Assembly: GCA_014905635.1 (NCBI GenBank)
Contig: JABVCE010000010.1
Coordinates: 124,001-188,000 of the forward strand
DNA: 64,000 bases
Direction of reading: 5' to 3'
DNA from: Scenedesmus sp. PABB004
Lineage: Eukaryota
Positions 38,656 to 51,836 of this stretch are shown here, piece after piece. Position 1 is the stretch's first letter. Each line of letters opens with the position of its first letter. Both the position numbers and the translations under genes were made by a program. The notes under the pieces were generated by a model. That model was not told the DNA's origin and searched no databases. It saw only the letters and a list, made by a program, of their open reading frames with translations.

Positions 38656-39772
38656 ATGAGCGGCGCCGGGCGGGGCAGCGGCGCAGCGCAGCTGTACGAC
38701 GGCACGAACGACGACCACCTCCCGGCCGCGCCGCCGGCGTTCCCGCAGCCCGCCAGCAGCCTGCCGCGCGACGAGGCGGGGCAGTTCTTCCCCGCGCCCC
38801 CGGCGGCGGCGGCGCGCTGCCGCCGGCGGGCGCGTTTGCCGGCGGCGGCGGCGGCCTGCCGGCCTACGGCCTGCCGCCCGGCGCCGGCTATGCCGCCTAC
38901 GACGACGCCGGCGCGCCGCTGCTCACGGGCGCGGACGGCTGGTGCTCGGACATGGTCTTCGCCAACCGGCAGGCGCGCCGGGGGCTCGGGCGGCAGCCGC
39001 GCGGGCGGGCGCGGCCCAGCCGCCGCGCCGCGCCCCGCCCGCGGCGCCAGCCGCCCCTCGGCACCGCCGACGACCGCCGCCCACCCGCCCGCCGCCGCGC
39101 GCCGCGGCGCAGGTGCGGCACGCGTTCCTGCGCCGCGTGCTGGCGCTGCTGGCGCTGCAGCTGCTGCTCACCGCGGCGGTCGCGGCGCCGCTGACGGGGC
39201 ACAAGCGCGTGCGCCGCTTCCTGCACGCCAACCCCTGGGTGCTCGGGCTCGCGGTCATCGCGACGACCACGGTGTTGCTGCTCATGGCGTGGAGCGAGGC
39301 CGCGCGGCGGCGGCACCCCACCAACCTGCTGCTCCTCGGCCTCTTCACCGCGTCCGACGGCGCGCTGCTCGGCGCGGCGGGCGCGACGTACAGCAGCCAG
39401 GCGCTGCTGCTCGGGGTGCTCATCTCCGCGGCCGCCGCGCTCGCGCTCGTGGGCTACGCGGGCCAGACGGCGTGGGACTTCAGCCCCTCCGGCGGCGTCC
39501 TCTTCGCCGCGGCGGTCGTGCTCGCCGTCGTCGCGGCCGCCAACGCGGCGCTCGGCGTCAACACGCTGCAGCTGCTCACCGGCGGCTGCGCGGCGCTGCT
39601 GTTCAGCGCGTGGGCGGCGTACGACGTCGCGCTGCTCGCCGCGGGCGAGAGCTGGGCGCGCGTGTCGGCCGACGAGGCCGTGTTTGGCGTGTGCGGCGTG
39701 TACACCGACGTCGTCGCGCTCGGCATGACCGTGCTCGGCACGCTGCTCACCGCGCACGGCGACGACGAGTGA
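38656..39772 (+). CDS. TMBIM / Bax inhibitor-1 / LFG family membrane protein
   Basis: FANRQ|VRHAFLRRVLALLALQLLLT, RRRHPTNLLLLGLFT, QTAWDFS, AYDVALL and YTDVV; 7 hydrophobic segments. GC-AG intron 38973-39112. Apparent frameshift at C5 38797-38801, or start at ATG 38952. Confidence 0.88.
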
Positions 39773-40381
39773 GCCCGGCGCGGCGCGCGCGCGCGCCGGG
39801 AGCGATCAAACCCAACCGCGTTGTGTGTGTGTGCCCCAGCTGCGGGGCGGGCGTCATTGCAGATGGGGGTGTGTGCTCAGAGAGAGGGTGATGGTGATGC
39901 TCACAGGGTACACACAAAAGTGCTCAGAAGAAGAGTGTTGAAGCGAGGGGGGGGGGGGGCAGGCGGGCACGCGGCGCCGGCGCTTTGGGGCCAGGCGCCT
40001 GCGGCGGGATCGTGCTTGACCGTGTGTGTGTGTTCTTTCGCTTGCACTTGGGCATTATGGCTGAACAGAACTTCCAGCAGGCGCCGCGGGGCGCGGCTGC
40101 CGTCGCTGCCACGGTTGTCACCGGCGGCCGCTGCCGTCGTGTTACAGAAAACCCACCGCCCGCTGCGACGGCCGCTCCCGCCCGATTTCCGTCCTGCGCA
40201 TTCACGCGCGCCACCCGGCCTGGCGCTAGTCGCGGCAGAGCAGCGCGGTGCGGCCAGCACGCCTTTCTCTCTGCCAGCCCGGCGTGGGCGGCCTGACACA
40301 GTCAAGGCGTGCGCTTGGGGCGCTGTCGCTGCCTCTCGACGGTACTACGCAGCTCCGCAGCGCCGCGGGCGGGCGACTGCG

Positions 40382-42547
40382 ATGGCGCCGGCGGGGCGGC
40401 CGGGGTGGGCGCTGTGGGCCCTGCTGATCTCTCTGATGGTGACCGCAGCGGCAGCGCAGCTCAGCAACGGCCCGCTGGCGCAGGGCAGCGGCGGCGGCAG
40501 CACGTCACCCCCGCAGAGCGCTGCTGCTGCCCAGGCGCTGCCGCCCGCTGGTGCGGCGCCGCCGCTCGCCGCGGCTGCAGCGGCCACGCCAGAGCAGCAG
40601 GAAGCCGCCGCTGCGGCGGCCGCGCCGCCAGCGCCGGCGCCAGGCCCGGTCCTGACAGCCGCACCAGACCCGCCCGCAGCCGGGGCCGCGCCAGCGTCGG
40701 CACAGCCAGCAGCCAGCACACTGGCGGCCGCGGCGCCGCCAGCTCAGGCAGGAGCAGTTCTTACTGCGTTGGCGCCGTCTGCTGTGTCGGCTCAGCCAGC
40801 GGCAGCCACAGCAGCTATGACACCCCCAGCGCCGGTGGCCGAGCCAGCAGCAGCCGGGGCCGTCGCATCGGCCCCGGCACAGCCAGCAGCCAGCGCAGCG
40901 GCGCCCGCGGCGCCGGCGGCATCGCAGCAGGCGCCGTCAGCGGCCGCGCCGCCAGCGGCCACGCCGCAGGCGCTGCCGGCAGTCGTGCCCGCAGCTGCGC
41001 CTGCGGCCTCGCCAGAGGCCGCGCCAGCAGCCAGTCCAGCAGCGCAACCCGCGGCGCTGGCGCCCCTGCCTGCAGCTGCCCCAGCGGCCGCCCCGCTGGG
41101 TGCCGCGCAGCCGGCAGCACAGCCTGCAGCAGCACCGGCGCCCGCGGCTGTGGCCCGACCGGGCGCTGTGCAGCTGGCGGCACCCACGCCCAAGCCGGCC
41201 GCGGCCTCGTCGCCGCCGGCCAAGCCCGCGCAGCCAGCAGCCGCGGCCAAGCCGGCTTCGCCGGCCAAGCCTGCGCAGCAGCCGGCAGTCGCGGCAAAGC
41301 CGGCACCGCCGGCCAAGCCCGCAAAGCAGCCGGCAGCCGCGGCCAAGCCGGCGCCGCCGGCCAAGCCTGCGCAGCAGCCGGCGGTCGCGGCGAAGCCGGC
41401 GCCGCCAGCCGAGCCTCGAGGCGGAGCTCCGCAGCAGCAGCTGGAGCCCGCGCTCGAGCCGGCGCAGCCGCCGGTGGCGACCCTGGCGCCCAAGCCCCGG
41501 ACGCCGCAGCCCGCCGCGCCGCAGCCCGCCGCGCCACGGGCTGCCGCGGCGCCGCCTCTCGGCCCCCCACGCGCCTTTGTGCCCGCGACCAAGTCGCGCA
41601 GCCAGGCGGTGGCGATCCTCGCAGGCGTGCCCAGCCTGCGCGCGGGCGGGCGCAGCTCCGTGCAGAGCTGGCGCGACCCGGCGCAGATGTGCCGGAAGTG
41701 GTGGGGCATCACCTGCAACGGCGCGGGGCTCGCCACAGAGATCAAGGTTTGCGTGGCACCGCCGCCGCAGCTGCAGCCGCCCCGCGCGCCGCTCGTCTGC
41801 GTGCGCCGTGCGGCGCCCGCGCGCCCGTCGAGCCGCGCTGCGCCCGCCCCCTCCGCCGCCCGCCGCCTGCCCCCGGCGCCGCAGGCGCAAAACAGCAACC
41901 TGCCGGGCACGCTGCCCGCCGAGTGGGCGGCGCTGTCGCCGAGCCTCGCGCTGGTCAGCCTCAGCTCGAGCAGCCTCACCGGCAGCCTGCCGCGCGAGTG
42001 GGCCGTGCTGTCGCGGCTCTACACCGCGCGTCTGGATGGGAATGCCCTCACCGGCCCGCTGCCAGCGTCGTGGGGCGGCATGGCGGCGCTGTCGAGCCTC
42101 AACCTCGGGTGCAACGCCCTGACCGGCCCGCTGCCGCCGTCGTGGGCGCGCCTCGGCAGCCTCGCTGAGCTGTACCTGGGGGACAACGCGCTCTCGGGCA
42201 CGCTGCCCGCGTCGTGGGCGGGCCTGGGCTCGCTGTACTACCTGGAGCTGCACGGCAACGCCCTGACAGGGAGCCTGCCGCCGGGCTGGGGCGGCATGCC
42301 GAGCCTGCGCTTCGTGAGCCTGCACGACAACCCGCGCCTGGCCGGCTGCGTGCCGGACGCGTGGCGCGGGCGCGTCAAGTTCCAGGCCGCCGGCGGCGAG
42401 TACGCGTTCACGCCCGACCTCGGCGCGCCCGGCGTGCTCGCAAACACGTCGCTCACGGGCTGGTGCCCGCCCGCGCGCGCCGGCCCGGCGCTCGGGGCGG
42501 CGAGCGCACTCGAGGGGCGGGCGAGCGACGCGGGCGACGGGCGTTAG
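40382..42547 (+). CDS. Secreted Pro/Ala-rich (HRGP-like) protein with plant-type extracellular LRR domain
   Basis: Signal peptide; long P/A stalk; CRKWWGITC LRRNT cap; LxLxxNxLTGxLPxxW repeats; LAGCVP cap. One intron (41747-41884). Confidence 0.88.
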   Translation: MAPAGRPGWALWALLISLMVTAAAAQLSNGPLAQGSGGGSTSPPQSAAAAQALPPAGAAPPLAAAAAATPEQQEAAAAAAAPPAPAPGPVLTAAPDPPAAGAAPASAQPAASTLAAAAPPAQAGAVLTALAPSAVSAQPAAATAAMTPPAPVAEPAAAGAVASAPAQPAASAAAPAAPAASQQAPSAAAPPAATPQALPAVVPAAAPAASPEAAPAASPAAQPAALAPLPAAAPAAAPLGAAQPAAQPAAAPAPAAVARPGAVQLAAPTPKPAAASSPPAKPAQPAAAAKPASPAKPAQQPAVAAKPAPPAKPAKQPAAAAKPAPPAKPAQQPAVAAKPAPPAEPRGGAPQQQLEPALEPAQPPVATLAPKPRTPQPAAPQPAAPRAAAAPPLGPPRAFVPATKSRSQAVAILAGVPSLRAGGRSSVQSWRDPAQMCRKWWGITCNGAGLATEIKVCVAPPPQLQPPRAPLVCVRRAAPARPSSRAAPAPSAARRLPPAPQAQNSNLPGTLPAEWAALSPSLALVSLSSSSLTGSLPREWAVLSRLYTARLDGNALTGPLPASWGGMAALSSLNLGCNALTGPLPPSWARLGSLAELYLGDNALSGTLPASWAGLGSLYYLELHGNALTGSLPPGWGGMPSLRFVSLHDNPRLAGCVPDAWRGRVKFQAAGGEYAFTPDLGAPGVLANTSLTGWCPPARAGPALGAASALEGRASDAGDGR
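41205..41410 (+). repeat. Coding tandem repeat AAKPAPPAKPAQQPAV-like (about 4 units)
   Basis: Repeated gccaagccgg..gccaagcctgcgcagcagccgg units. Confidence 0.85.
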
Positions 42548-43177
42548 CGAGTCGGGCGCCGCGCCCGCACCAGCAGCGGCCTGCGCTGCCCGCTGGACGG
42601 CGGACGTGCACTGTGCACGGACGATTGCGCGGCAGATGAGTCTGGCGCCAGAGTCGCGCCGGCCCCGCAATGGGCCGGCGGCGGGCGGCGGCTGCGGCAG
42701 CTTGAGCTGCGCGGCGTGTGCCGCTCGCTAGCTAGCGGGCAGGAGGGAGCGCTGATTAGCTTCATGGCTGATCACGACCGAGGCAGGCGCACGCGGTGCC
42801 GCGGCGGCGCACCGCGGCAAAGGCACTCGGGCGGGCCAGCCGCTCACACTGGCGGGGGCGAGGCGGAGCTCGGGCGCGTTACACGGCGCGCGCAGCATGC
42901 TGCGCCGGCACGGCGCGGCGCGGCGGTGGCGCAGCATCCGTTAACAATCGACAGGCCTGGGGCCGTCCAATTGGACGCGCTGTTGCAACAGCGCATCACA
43001 CTGCCTGGCAGAGCCCACCGCCCACAGAGGCGGCGGTGCGCGCGACCGGCGGCGCGCACAAGCGCGGCCGCCTGCCGCGCGGCAGCCCTCCCAGCGTCAC
43101 GCCCCCGCCCCGCGCTGCTGCGCGGGAGGTGTGTACACCTCGCTACTCTACAGGCGCGCGCGCCGCGCGCGGCTCGC

Positions 43178-45100
43178 TCAGCCGCCACCGGCGGTGGGCG
43201 GCTTGCAGTCGGCCCGCGCCTCGGGCGTCGCCGGGACGCGCGGGCAGCGGGTGCAGACGTTGTTGGCGTCGCAGTGGAACAGCCCCGGCGCCTGGCTCGC
43301 CTCGCACACCGCGACCGGCCCCACTTCGGGCACGTCCTCGCGGCAGCACTGCTTGCCCACGGTCCCGCAGTCGCGCGTGTTGAGCGTGCACGTGCCGAGG
43401 CTCACGCCCGCCGCGAGCAGCGCCGCCTGCCAGGGGCCGCGGCAGTAGATGCCCACCTGCCCCGCGGCGACGTAGTTGCAGGGCTGGAACTTGAATTTGC
43501 GGTTGTGCACCATGCCGCTGATGCGCTGGTCGATCATGCTCGGGCAGCACGGCTCGCCCGGGTTGCCGCACGCCGCCGGCAGCGGCGCGCACCTGGCGCG
43601 GCGCGCGCGCGACGGCGGCGGCGCTGCGCGTGAGCGCGGCCGTGCGCAGCGCGGCCGCGCCCTGCTCACGGCGGGCCTCGCCGAGCAGCGCGCGGAGGCC
43701 CCGCTGGCGCCCGGCCGCACCTGCTGACGCCGTAGCCGCGCTGGAAGTAGCCGTCCCACGTGAGCGCGCGCGCCCCGGCGCCGCCGTTGAGGGCGGCGAG
43801 GCCAGACTCCTTGTAGTCGGCGAAGCGCCACACGCAGAAGCTGCGCCCGTCGGAGCAGTAGGGCACGGGGGTGTAGCCGTCCATGAGCCAGCGCTCGCGC
43901 ACGACGCCGTCGCGGTTGGCGGGGCAGCACGCGTTGTTCGTGCGCCCGCACCGCGCCGGCAGCGGCAGGCAGCGCGCCGCGGCGAGCCCCGTGTCGCCCG
44001 GCGACGCGCAGAAGTCGGCCGCCGCACACAGGACGTCCTTCTCGGCACACCCGATGCGCCGCGCCGCCGCGCCGCAGGGGTGCCAGCGCTTGCCGCAGTC
44101 GGCGGGGCTCAGCTTCCTGGCCCGCGGCGCGGGGCAAAAGGGGGGAGGGAAGGAGGGTGAGCCGCGCGCCCTGCTGCCAGCCGGCGCAGGTCGCCGGCGC
44201 CGGCGCGCCGCAGCGCGCAGCGTGCGCGCCCGCGCGCGCGCCTGCAGGTGCCCATGAGCGCCGGCGACGCGACGAGGCTCGGGTCCTTGGCAAGCGCCGC
44301 CTGCAGGGCCGCGCCGCCGTAGCCGGGGCTCGCCTTGATACAGGTAAGCCCCGCCACGCAGCGATCGGCCTCGGCGGTCGGGTCGGACTGGTAGCAGCAC
44401 GGCTGGTTAGCTTGGCCACATTTCTGCGGCAGCGGCGGTGACGGCGGACGGCGCGGCGGCGCGGGCGCGGCGGCGGGGGCGCGGTGTGAGCCTGCCGCGG
44501 CGCGCGGCGCTTGCTCGTCGCTCCTGCCCGCCACCGCCGCGTGCTGCCACCGCGGGCGGCAGCCGCTGCGACCGCTGCGCACGGCGGCACCGCGCCGACA
44601 GGCGGGGGAGGCTCACCGGTGGCGTGTCAATGCAGAGGCTCGGGTAGGTCGCCGTGCCGTCCGGCACGGCGCTCTCTTTGCTCGCAAACTGGTAGCAGCT
44701 GCGACCGCCCTCGCACGCGAGCTGGGCGCACTCTGCGGGGCGGCGGCCAGCCGGGGGCAGGCCTGGGGCCGCGGCAGCTGCTGCCGCGGAGCCGCACGGC
44801 CGCAAAAACGTGCGCCGGCAACGACGTCACCGGCCAGCGCGCTGGCGCTGCTGCCGCCGCTGCCGCTGCCGCAGCCCCGCCGGCCGCCGGCGGCCCGGCA
44901 TGCGCCCAGGCCATTCCCCGACAGCTGCACAGCGCGGTGCCGCGTGGACGGCGGCATCGCTCACCATCTGCGCGCGTGCCCTTGGAGCACTTCCTGCAGC
45001 ATGGTTGCCCGCGCCCGCCACAGGCGCCCTGCGCGCCCGCGCGCGGCCAGGAGGCCACGACGAGCACGCAGGCCATCCACATGGCCAGCACAGCCCTCAT
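43178..45100 (-). CDS. Secreted cysteine-rich repeat protein (CGxxGxPCC repeats)
   Basis: Signal peptide MRAVLAMWMACVLVVASWPRAGAQG; six CGxxxxPCC-like units; four introns, one GC-AG (44241). TGTAA on the - strand at 42879-42883. Confidence 0.8.
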
Positions 45101-46011
45101 GGCCCTCGCATCGGCCGCTTGGCCGGCCGCGAGGTGCTGCTGGCACTGTGCGCGCGGCCTGGCGCGTTGGATCAGCACGGCTGGGTCGGAGCTGCCGCTT
45201 CCGGTGATGCCCCAAAGGCACGTCGTGAGTCCTGACGGCAGGCACGCAGTACTGGCACTGCGAGCGAGCGGGGAGGGGGTGGCACCTGCACGCACGGAGC
45301 TGCAGTCGCTCCAAACCGCGGCCTGCCCCGCTGTGGCGTCAGCGTCCGGCCTCTTGGTGTGCCGGGCAGTCGGAACGCTGCTGCGCCGAGCCGCGCGCGC
45401 GCGCGCGCCGCCGCGTCAGTGTCAGCGTCGGTGACGCCCGGCGGCGGTCAGGTCAGGTCGCGGGGGCTGAGTTACTCAGAGCCAGAAGGGCTCGCTCGAG
45501 GAAAAGAATCTCTTCTCACCCCACAGCACACACCAGCAGCTCGCTGGCTCAAACCCCACTCCGCTGGGGCGGCAGGCAGCCACGCAAGCCAGGCTGCGCG
45601 GCACGCCGCGCAGCATGCGGGGTCGCTGGTTGGTGCGCTGCAATGCAGTTCCCGACGGGTGAGGATCGCCGAACGTGTTGAGTTTGTGGATGCAGCGCGG
45701 GGCGGCAGCGCCCGCGCTCGCAGCCCCCCGCAACAGCGGGCCGGCGCTGGCCCGCCGCGCGCCATGGCGGCGGCCGTCAACAGCGGCCCCCGGCGGCGCG
45801 GGGCTGGCGCGCCCGCTTATTCCCACAACTAATCTACTGCAAAGCAGTGCTCCTGCGACAGCAACAGCCCCCGGGCATCAATCGCCGGCGCCGGCGCGCC
45901 AGGCGCGCTGGGGTTCGTTCCGGGCGCCGCCGCTGCTGAGCGGGCGGGCCTCTCCGGCAGCGCCGCGTGCACGCGCTAGCTACCGACCTCCGCACCGCCA
46001 CGTGCACGCAC

Positions 46012-48444
46012 TCACACCTGGGGCTTGGGCGCCGCAGCCGCGGGCGCGGCCGCGGGCTTGGTTGGCGCCGCGGCGGGCGCGGGCTTGGCCGCCGCCGGCG
46101 CGGCGGGCGCGGGCTTGGCCGCCGCCGCCGGCGCCGGCGCGGCCGCCGCCGCGCCGATGGGCCGCACGGGGCGGCGGCCGGGGCCGCGCCGGCGGCGCTC
46201 GGCGAGCGAGCCCGAGTTGACCGCCGCGTTGTGGCCCTTGATCATGTCGATGACCTCCTGCACCGCAAAGCCGTTCTTGACCGGCCAGTCGCCCTGGTCG
46301 ACGTCGGTGTTCCAGAGCGCCGACGCGGTGTGGATGCCCTGCACGTCCCACGAGACGCAGTTCCAGATGTAGCTGTGGTGCACCGGGAACTCGTGCCCGC
46401 CGTCGGTCAGCACGCGCAGCGCGGCGCGGTAGTAGTTGAGCAGGAAGGCCTTGGCGGCGGGGAACTTCTTGAACGGGTCCATCTCGGGCGTGTAGGGCAC
46501 GGTGATGCCGAGCCAGGGGAAGTAGCCGATGCGCGCGTCCTGCCCGGGCGTGTCGCCGCACTCGCTCACGCCGCCGCCCATGCCAAACTCGTTGTACATG
46601 AAGACCTTGTTCTCGAGCAGCTTCTTCATGTTGATGCCCATCGCGCCGAGCTCGGCCGCCATCTTGGCCGCGCCCGACTCGATGTGCGTCGGCGTGACGT
46701 TGTTGCCGTCGTCGGCGCTGCGCGGCGGCGGCGGCGGCGCGGGCGGCGGCGGTGGCGCGGGTGTGGGCGCGGGTCGGGCGGCGCGCGGGTCGGCGGGCGC
46801 GCGGCGGCCTGGCTGCTGCCCCGTGCGGCTGCTGCTGCTGCTGCTGCGCTGGGCCGCCGCGCTCAGCGCGCCCGCGCGTCAGCGCGCGCGCGGGGCGCTC
46901 ACCGCGCGTAGTTGGAGACGCCGAGGAAGTCGGACTCCTCCAGCAGCTTCTTGATCGCCGGCAGGTTGGCCTTGGCCTCGGCGTAGTTGGGCCACTGCTC
47001 AAACGGCAGCACGGGGCCCCACCCGCCGTCGTAGGCGGCCATGGGGCTCGGCGGCAGCACCGCGGGCGAGCCGGGGCCGCGCGTGATGTAGCCCATGATG
47101 TACGCATGGTTGAACGTTGCGCCCACGCGCAGCTTCGCGGGCGACTCCCAGCCCGACCGGATGCGCTCGTAGACCTTGCTGTACTGCGCCGGGTAGCTCA
47201 TCACCGTGCCGCCCATCTCGCCTGCGCCGCGGACGCGGCAGTGGACGGCGGGGTCGGCGCGGGGCGCGGCGGCGGGGTCGGCGCGGGGCGCGGCGGCGGG
47301 CGGCGCGCGGCGGGGCAGCGCGCGGCGGGCAGCGGCGGCGGGCGGCGCGCCAGCGCGGCGCGGCGGCGGCGGCGCGCCAGCAGCCCGGCGCGGCGCGCAC
47401 CCTCGACGGCGAACCAGAAGGTCTTGCTCGCGGGCAGGACGTCGTTGGCGGCGTCGAGGATGGGCTTGAGCATGATGTCCCAGTAGGAGTAGCCGTTCTT
47501 GTCCTCCCAGAGCGGGTCAAAGTGGAGCATGTTGCGCCACTTGCCGCGCTTGAGGCCCTCGTCGAGGTGCGGGGCGACCATGATCTCGTCGAAGAGCTCC
47601 GCCGCGACCTTGAGGCACGACTTGAAGCCGTTGGCAAACGTCGCGAGCGCGGACGCGTCCCAGCCGCGGCACTCGCTGTTCCACTCGTGCTTCTGGCAGT
47701 AGTAGTCGACCTTGTTCTGCAGCGCCCAGTTGTCGGGGAGGCAAGTGTTGGGCGGGAACTGCTCGTTCACGGCCTCGTACCTGTCGCAGCGCGGCGGCGC
47801 GGCGCGGCGCGGCGGCGCGTGGGCGCGGCGGCACGGGCGCAGCGCGGGCAGCCACCGGCGGACGCCGCAGCGGCCAGGGTGCGGCCTGGGGGGCCGCCGC
47901 GGCGGCGCGGCGGCCGCGGCGCGCAGCGGCAACGGCGCGCAGCGGCGGCAGCTCACCAGTAGTGCGTCGGCACAAACTGGATGCGGCGGCCGCCGTGCTT
48001 GGCCGCGCGGCGGACCAGGAGCTCGCACTGGCTCAGCGAGGAGTACATGGGCTGATACTCTGCGCGGGCGCGGCGCGGGGGCGACGGGGGGCGGGATGGC
48101 GGGAGCGCGATGGCGGGCGGCGTGAGGCGGGCCGATCAGGCGCTGGCCGGCAGCGCTCCGCCCGCGACGTGCGCGCGCTGGCGCGGTGACGGGCGGCCGG
48201 CGAGCGGGGCGCCGCCCCCGCGTGGCGGGCGCAACAGGCAACCGGCCAGGCCCGGCCAGGCGCGCGCTGCCAGTCCCGAAGGGTCCCACGCACCGCTGTT
48301 GTAGAAGGTGATGACCATGCTCGACTGCTCGATGGGCTTGCCCGTCGCGCCGGGGGCGCGCTCGCCCTGGGCGGCCACGGCGCCGAGCGCCAGCAGGGCG
48401 CCCAGCGCCAGCAGGCCGGCGCGCGCCATGGCGCCGCGCCGCAT
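46012..48444 (-). CDS. Secreted uncharacterised protein, possible glycoside hydrolase (TIM-barrel, GH-A-like)
   Basis: Signal peptide; IQFVPTHYW, APHLD, WRNMLHFDP, FAVEGEMG, GATFNH, LGVSNY, MYNEFGMGGG and SYIWNCVSWDVQGI; Ala/Pro/Lys tail. Four GT-AG introns. Function is inferred only. Confidence 0.7.
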
Positions 48445-49103
48445 GGAGACCGGACGGGTCGCTCGGGGGAGGCGCGGCCGGGGCTCGCGGGCTTGCGAGG
48501 GCGTCGGGGCGGGGGTCAAAAGATGTTCACCCTCCTGGTGGCGCGCTGGGCTGTCTGATGCCCGTTCGATGCGTCCTCAGGCTTAAGAGACTCTCTCGTG
48601 CGTGCGTGGCAGCAGGAGTGAGGTCCGGGACTCGGCACGGCAGCTGGCACGACCGCTTACTGCTTTTGCGGGCGGTGGCTCGGGCGTGGTGCGTCGTGGG
48701 GCTGGTTCAGGCTGGTCCCAGCGCGTGGAGGGGGCCTTCCTATATCCCCACGCAGCGGGCGGGGCAGCGGAGCGGCGGGAGCGGTAGGGGCGGGGCCCGC
48801 GTCCCGCCCGGCCGCGCCCCGGCGAGGCAATGCGCGCCTGGGCTGCCAGCCGGCTCGCCGGCGCGGCTGCAGGCACAGTTTGAGCGTGGCCGTGGATTAC
48901 TTGGATGCCGCGGCCTGTGCGGGGCGGCGCGCGCGGGTGCGCGCGCCGCCGCCAGGCCACCGTGTGGCCGGGCGCCGCAGGGTCGCGGGGGCTGGCTACA
49001 GCATTGAATTGAGCTTGGCATGCCTCCTGTATGCCGAGAAGGGCTCCAGGTGTGCGGCGGCACGCGGCGGCGCGCGCCGCGGCTCGCTCGCGTCCCGCGG
49101 GCT

Positions 49104-49729
49104 GGCGCCCGTCCAACCGAGCGCGTGGTCGTGAGCTGGCTCCCTCGCACAGCGCGGCCTCCGGCGGCACCCGCAGCAGCGGCACGCCGCCGGGCGGGCC
49201 GCGGCGCGCAGCGTGCGGTCTCGAGCGCCCGCTCGCCGCGCTCGCCGCAGTGCTCGCCGCGCTGGGCGCGGCCGGTCACAGGGTGCCGTGCGGCAGGGCC
49301 CAGCGGCGCCAGCCAGCCGCCGGCGCCAGCGGCAGCAGGAGCGGCGCTGCCCGACGCGGGCCCGCCGCCGCCGCCGCCGCGGGCGTCCGCCGCCTGCCGG
49401 GCCGCGTGCCGGCTCGTGGGGGCCAGCCGCGCCATCACGGGCAGTGCGCGCGCGTCGGTCGGGCACGCGCTGAGCGCGCCGTCGGGGTGATGGCGCAGAA
49501 CCCCGCCCAAAGGCGACCAGTGAATTTAGGTCGGCCGCGCCGCCCTGGCGCGCCCTCTCTCCCGCAGCATCAAGCGGAGCAGCGCACAGGCGCCCCAGTG
49601 CTCTCGCAGCACTCGAGCAGAGGAGGCCACCATCCCTGCCTCTGCACCGCCATGGCGCCCAAGACGAAGAGCGTCAAGGCGGAGGAGAACGTCACGCTCG
49701 GCCCGACCGTGCGCGAGGGCGAGCACGTC
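49104..49729 (+). pseudogene. RPS14: Truncated duplicate of the RPS14 upstream region and first 26 codons
   Basis: Near-identical to 50141-50785. ATG 49652 gives [26 protein letters not shown], then switches abruptly to unrelated sequence. Confidence 0.9.
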
Positions 49730-49730
49730 A

Positions 49731-50105
49731 GCGCGTGGGCGCGGCGGCACGGGCGCGGGCGCGGGCAGCCACCGGCAGACGCCGCAGCGGCCAGGGTGCG
49801 GCCTGGGGGGCCGCCGCGGCGGCGCGGCGGCCGCGGCGCGCAGCGGCAACGGCGCGCAGCGGCGGCAGCTCACCAGTAGTGCGTCGGCACAAACTGGATG
49901 CGGCAGCCGCCGTGCTTGGCCGCGCGGCGGACCAGGAGCTCGCACTGGCTCAGCGAGGAGTACATGGGCTGATACTCTGCGCGGGCGCGGCGCGGGGGCA
50001 ACGGGGGGCGGGATGGCGGGAGCGCGATGGCGGGCGGCGTGAGGCAGGCCGATCAGCCGCTGGCCGACAGCGCTCCGCCGGCGACGTGCGCGCGCTGGCG
50101 CGGTG
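49731..50105 (-). pseudogene. Diverged copy of exon 2 and flanking introns of the GH-like gene (source 47815-48188)
   Basis: Direct repeat with about 8 differences from the source. Confidence 0.9.
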
Positions 50106-50583
50106 GCGGCGGGGCACCCCGCGCAGCGAGCGGCCGCCGGGGCGCCCGTCCAACCGAGCGCGTGGTCGTGAGCTGGCTCCCTCGCACAGCGCGCCCTCCG
50201 GCAGCTCCCGCTGCAGCGGCGCGCGCCGCCGCCGGGCGGGCCGCGGCGCGCAGCGCGCTGCGGTCGTCGAGCGCCGCGCTCGCCGCGGTGCTCGCCGCGG
50301 TGCTCGCCGCGGTGCCTTCTGCAGGTCACAGACCGCCGTGCGGCCGGGGCGCAGGCCCAGCGGCGCCAGCCAGCCGCCGGCGCCAGCGGCGGCAGCAGGA
50401 GCGGCGCTGCCCGACGCGGGCCCGCCGCCGCCGCCGCCGCGGGCGTCCGCCGCCTGCCGGGCCGCGTGCCGGCTCGTGGGGGCCAGCCGCGCCATCACGG
50501 GCAGTGCGCGCGCGTCGGTCGGGCACGCGCTGAGCGCGCCGTCGGGGTGATGGCGCAGAACCCCGCCCAAAGGCGGCCAGTGA

Positions 50584-51836
<1,253 letters not shown>

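Noticed and set aside
38797..38801. Frameshifts in BI-1 (C5), lipase (C5 at 20799-20803) and the last gene (about 62190-62200) as programmed frameshifting or pseudogenes
   Set aside because: All sit in short homopolymer or GC-dinucleotide runs, typical of long-read indel errors; there is no slippery heptamer and the flanking coding sequence is intact.
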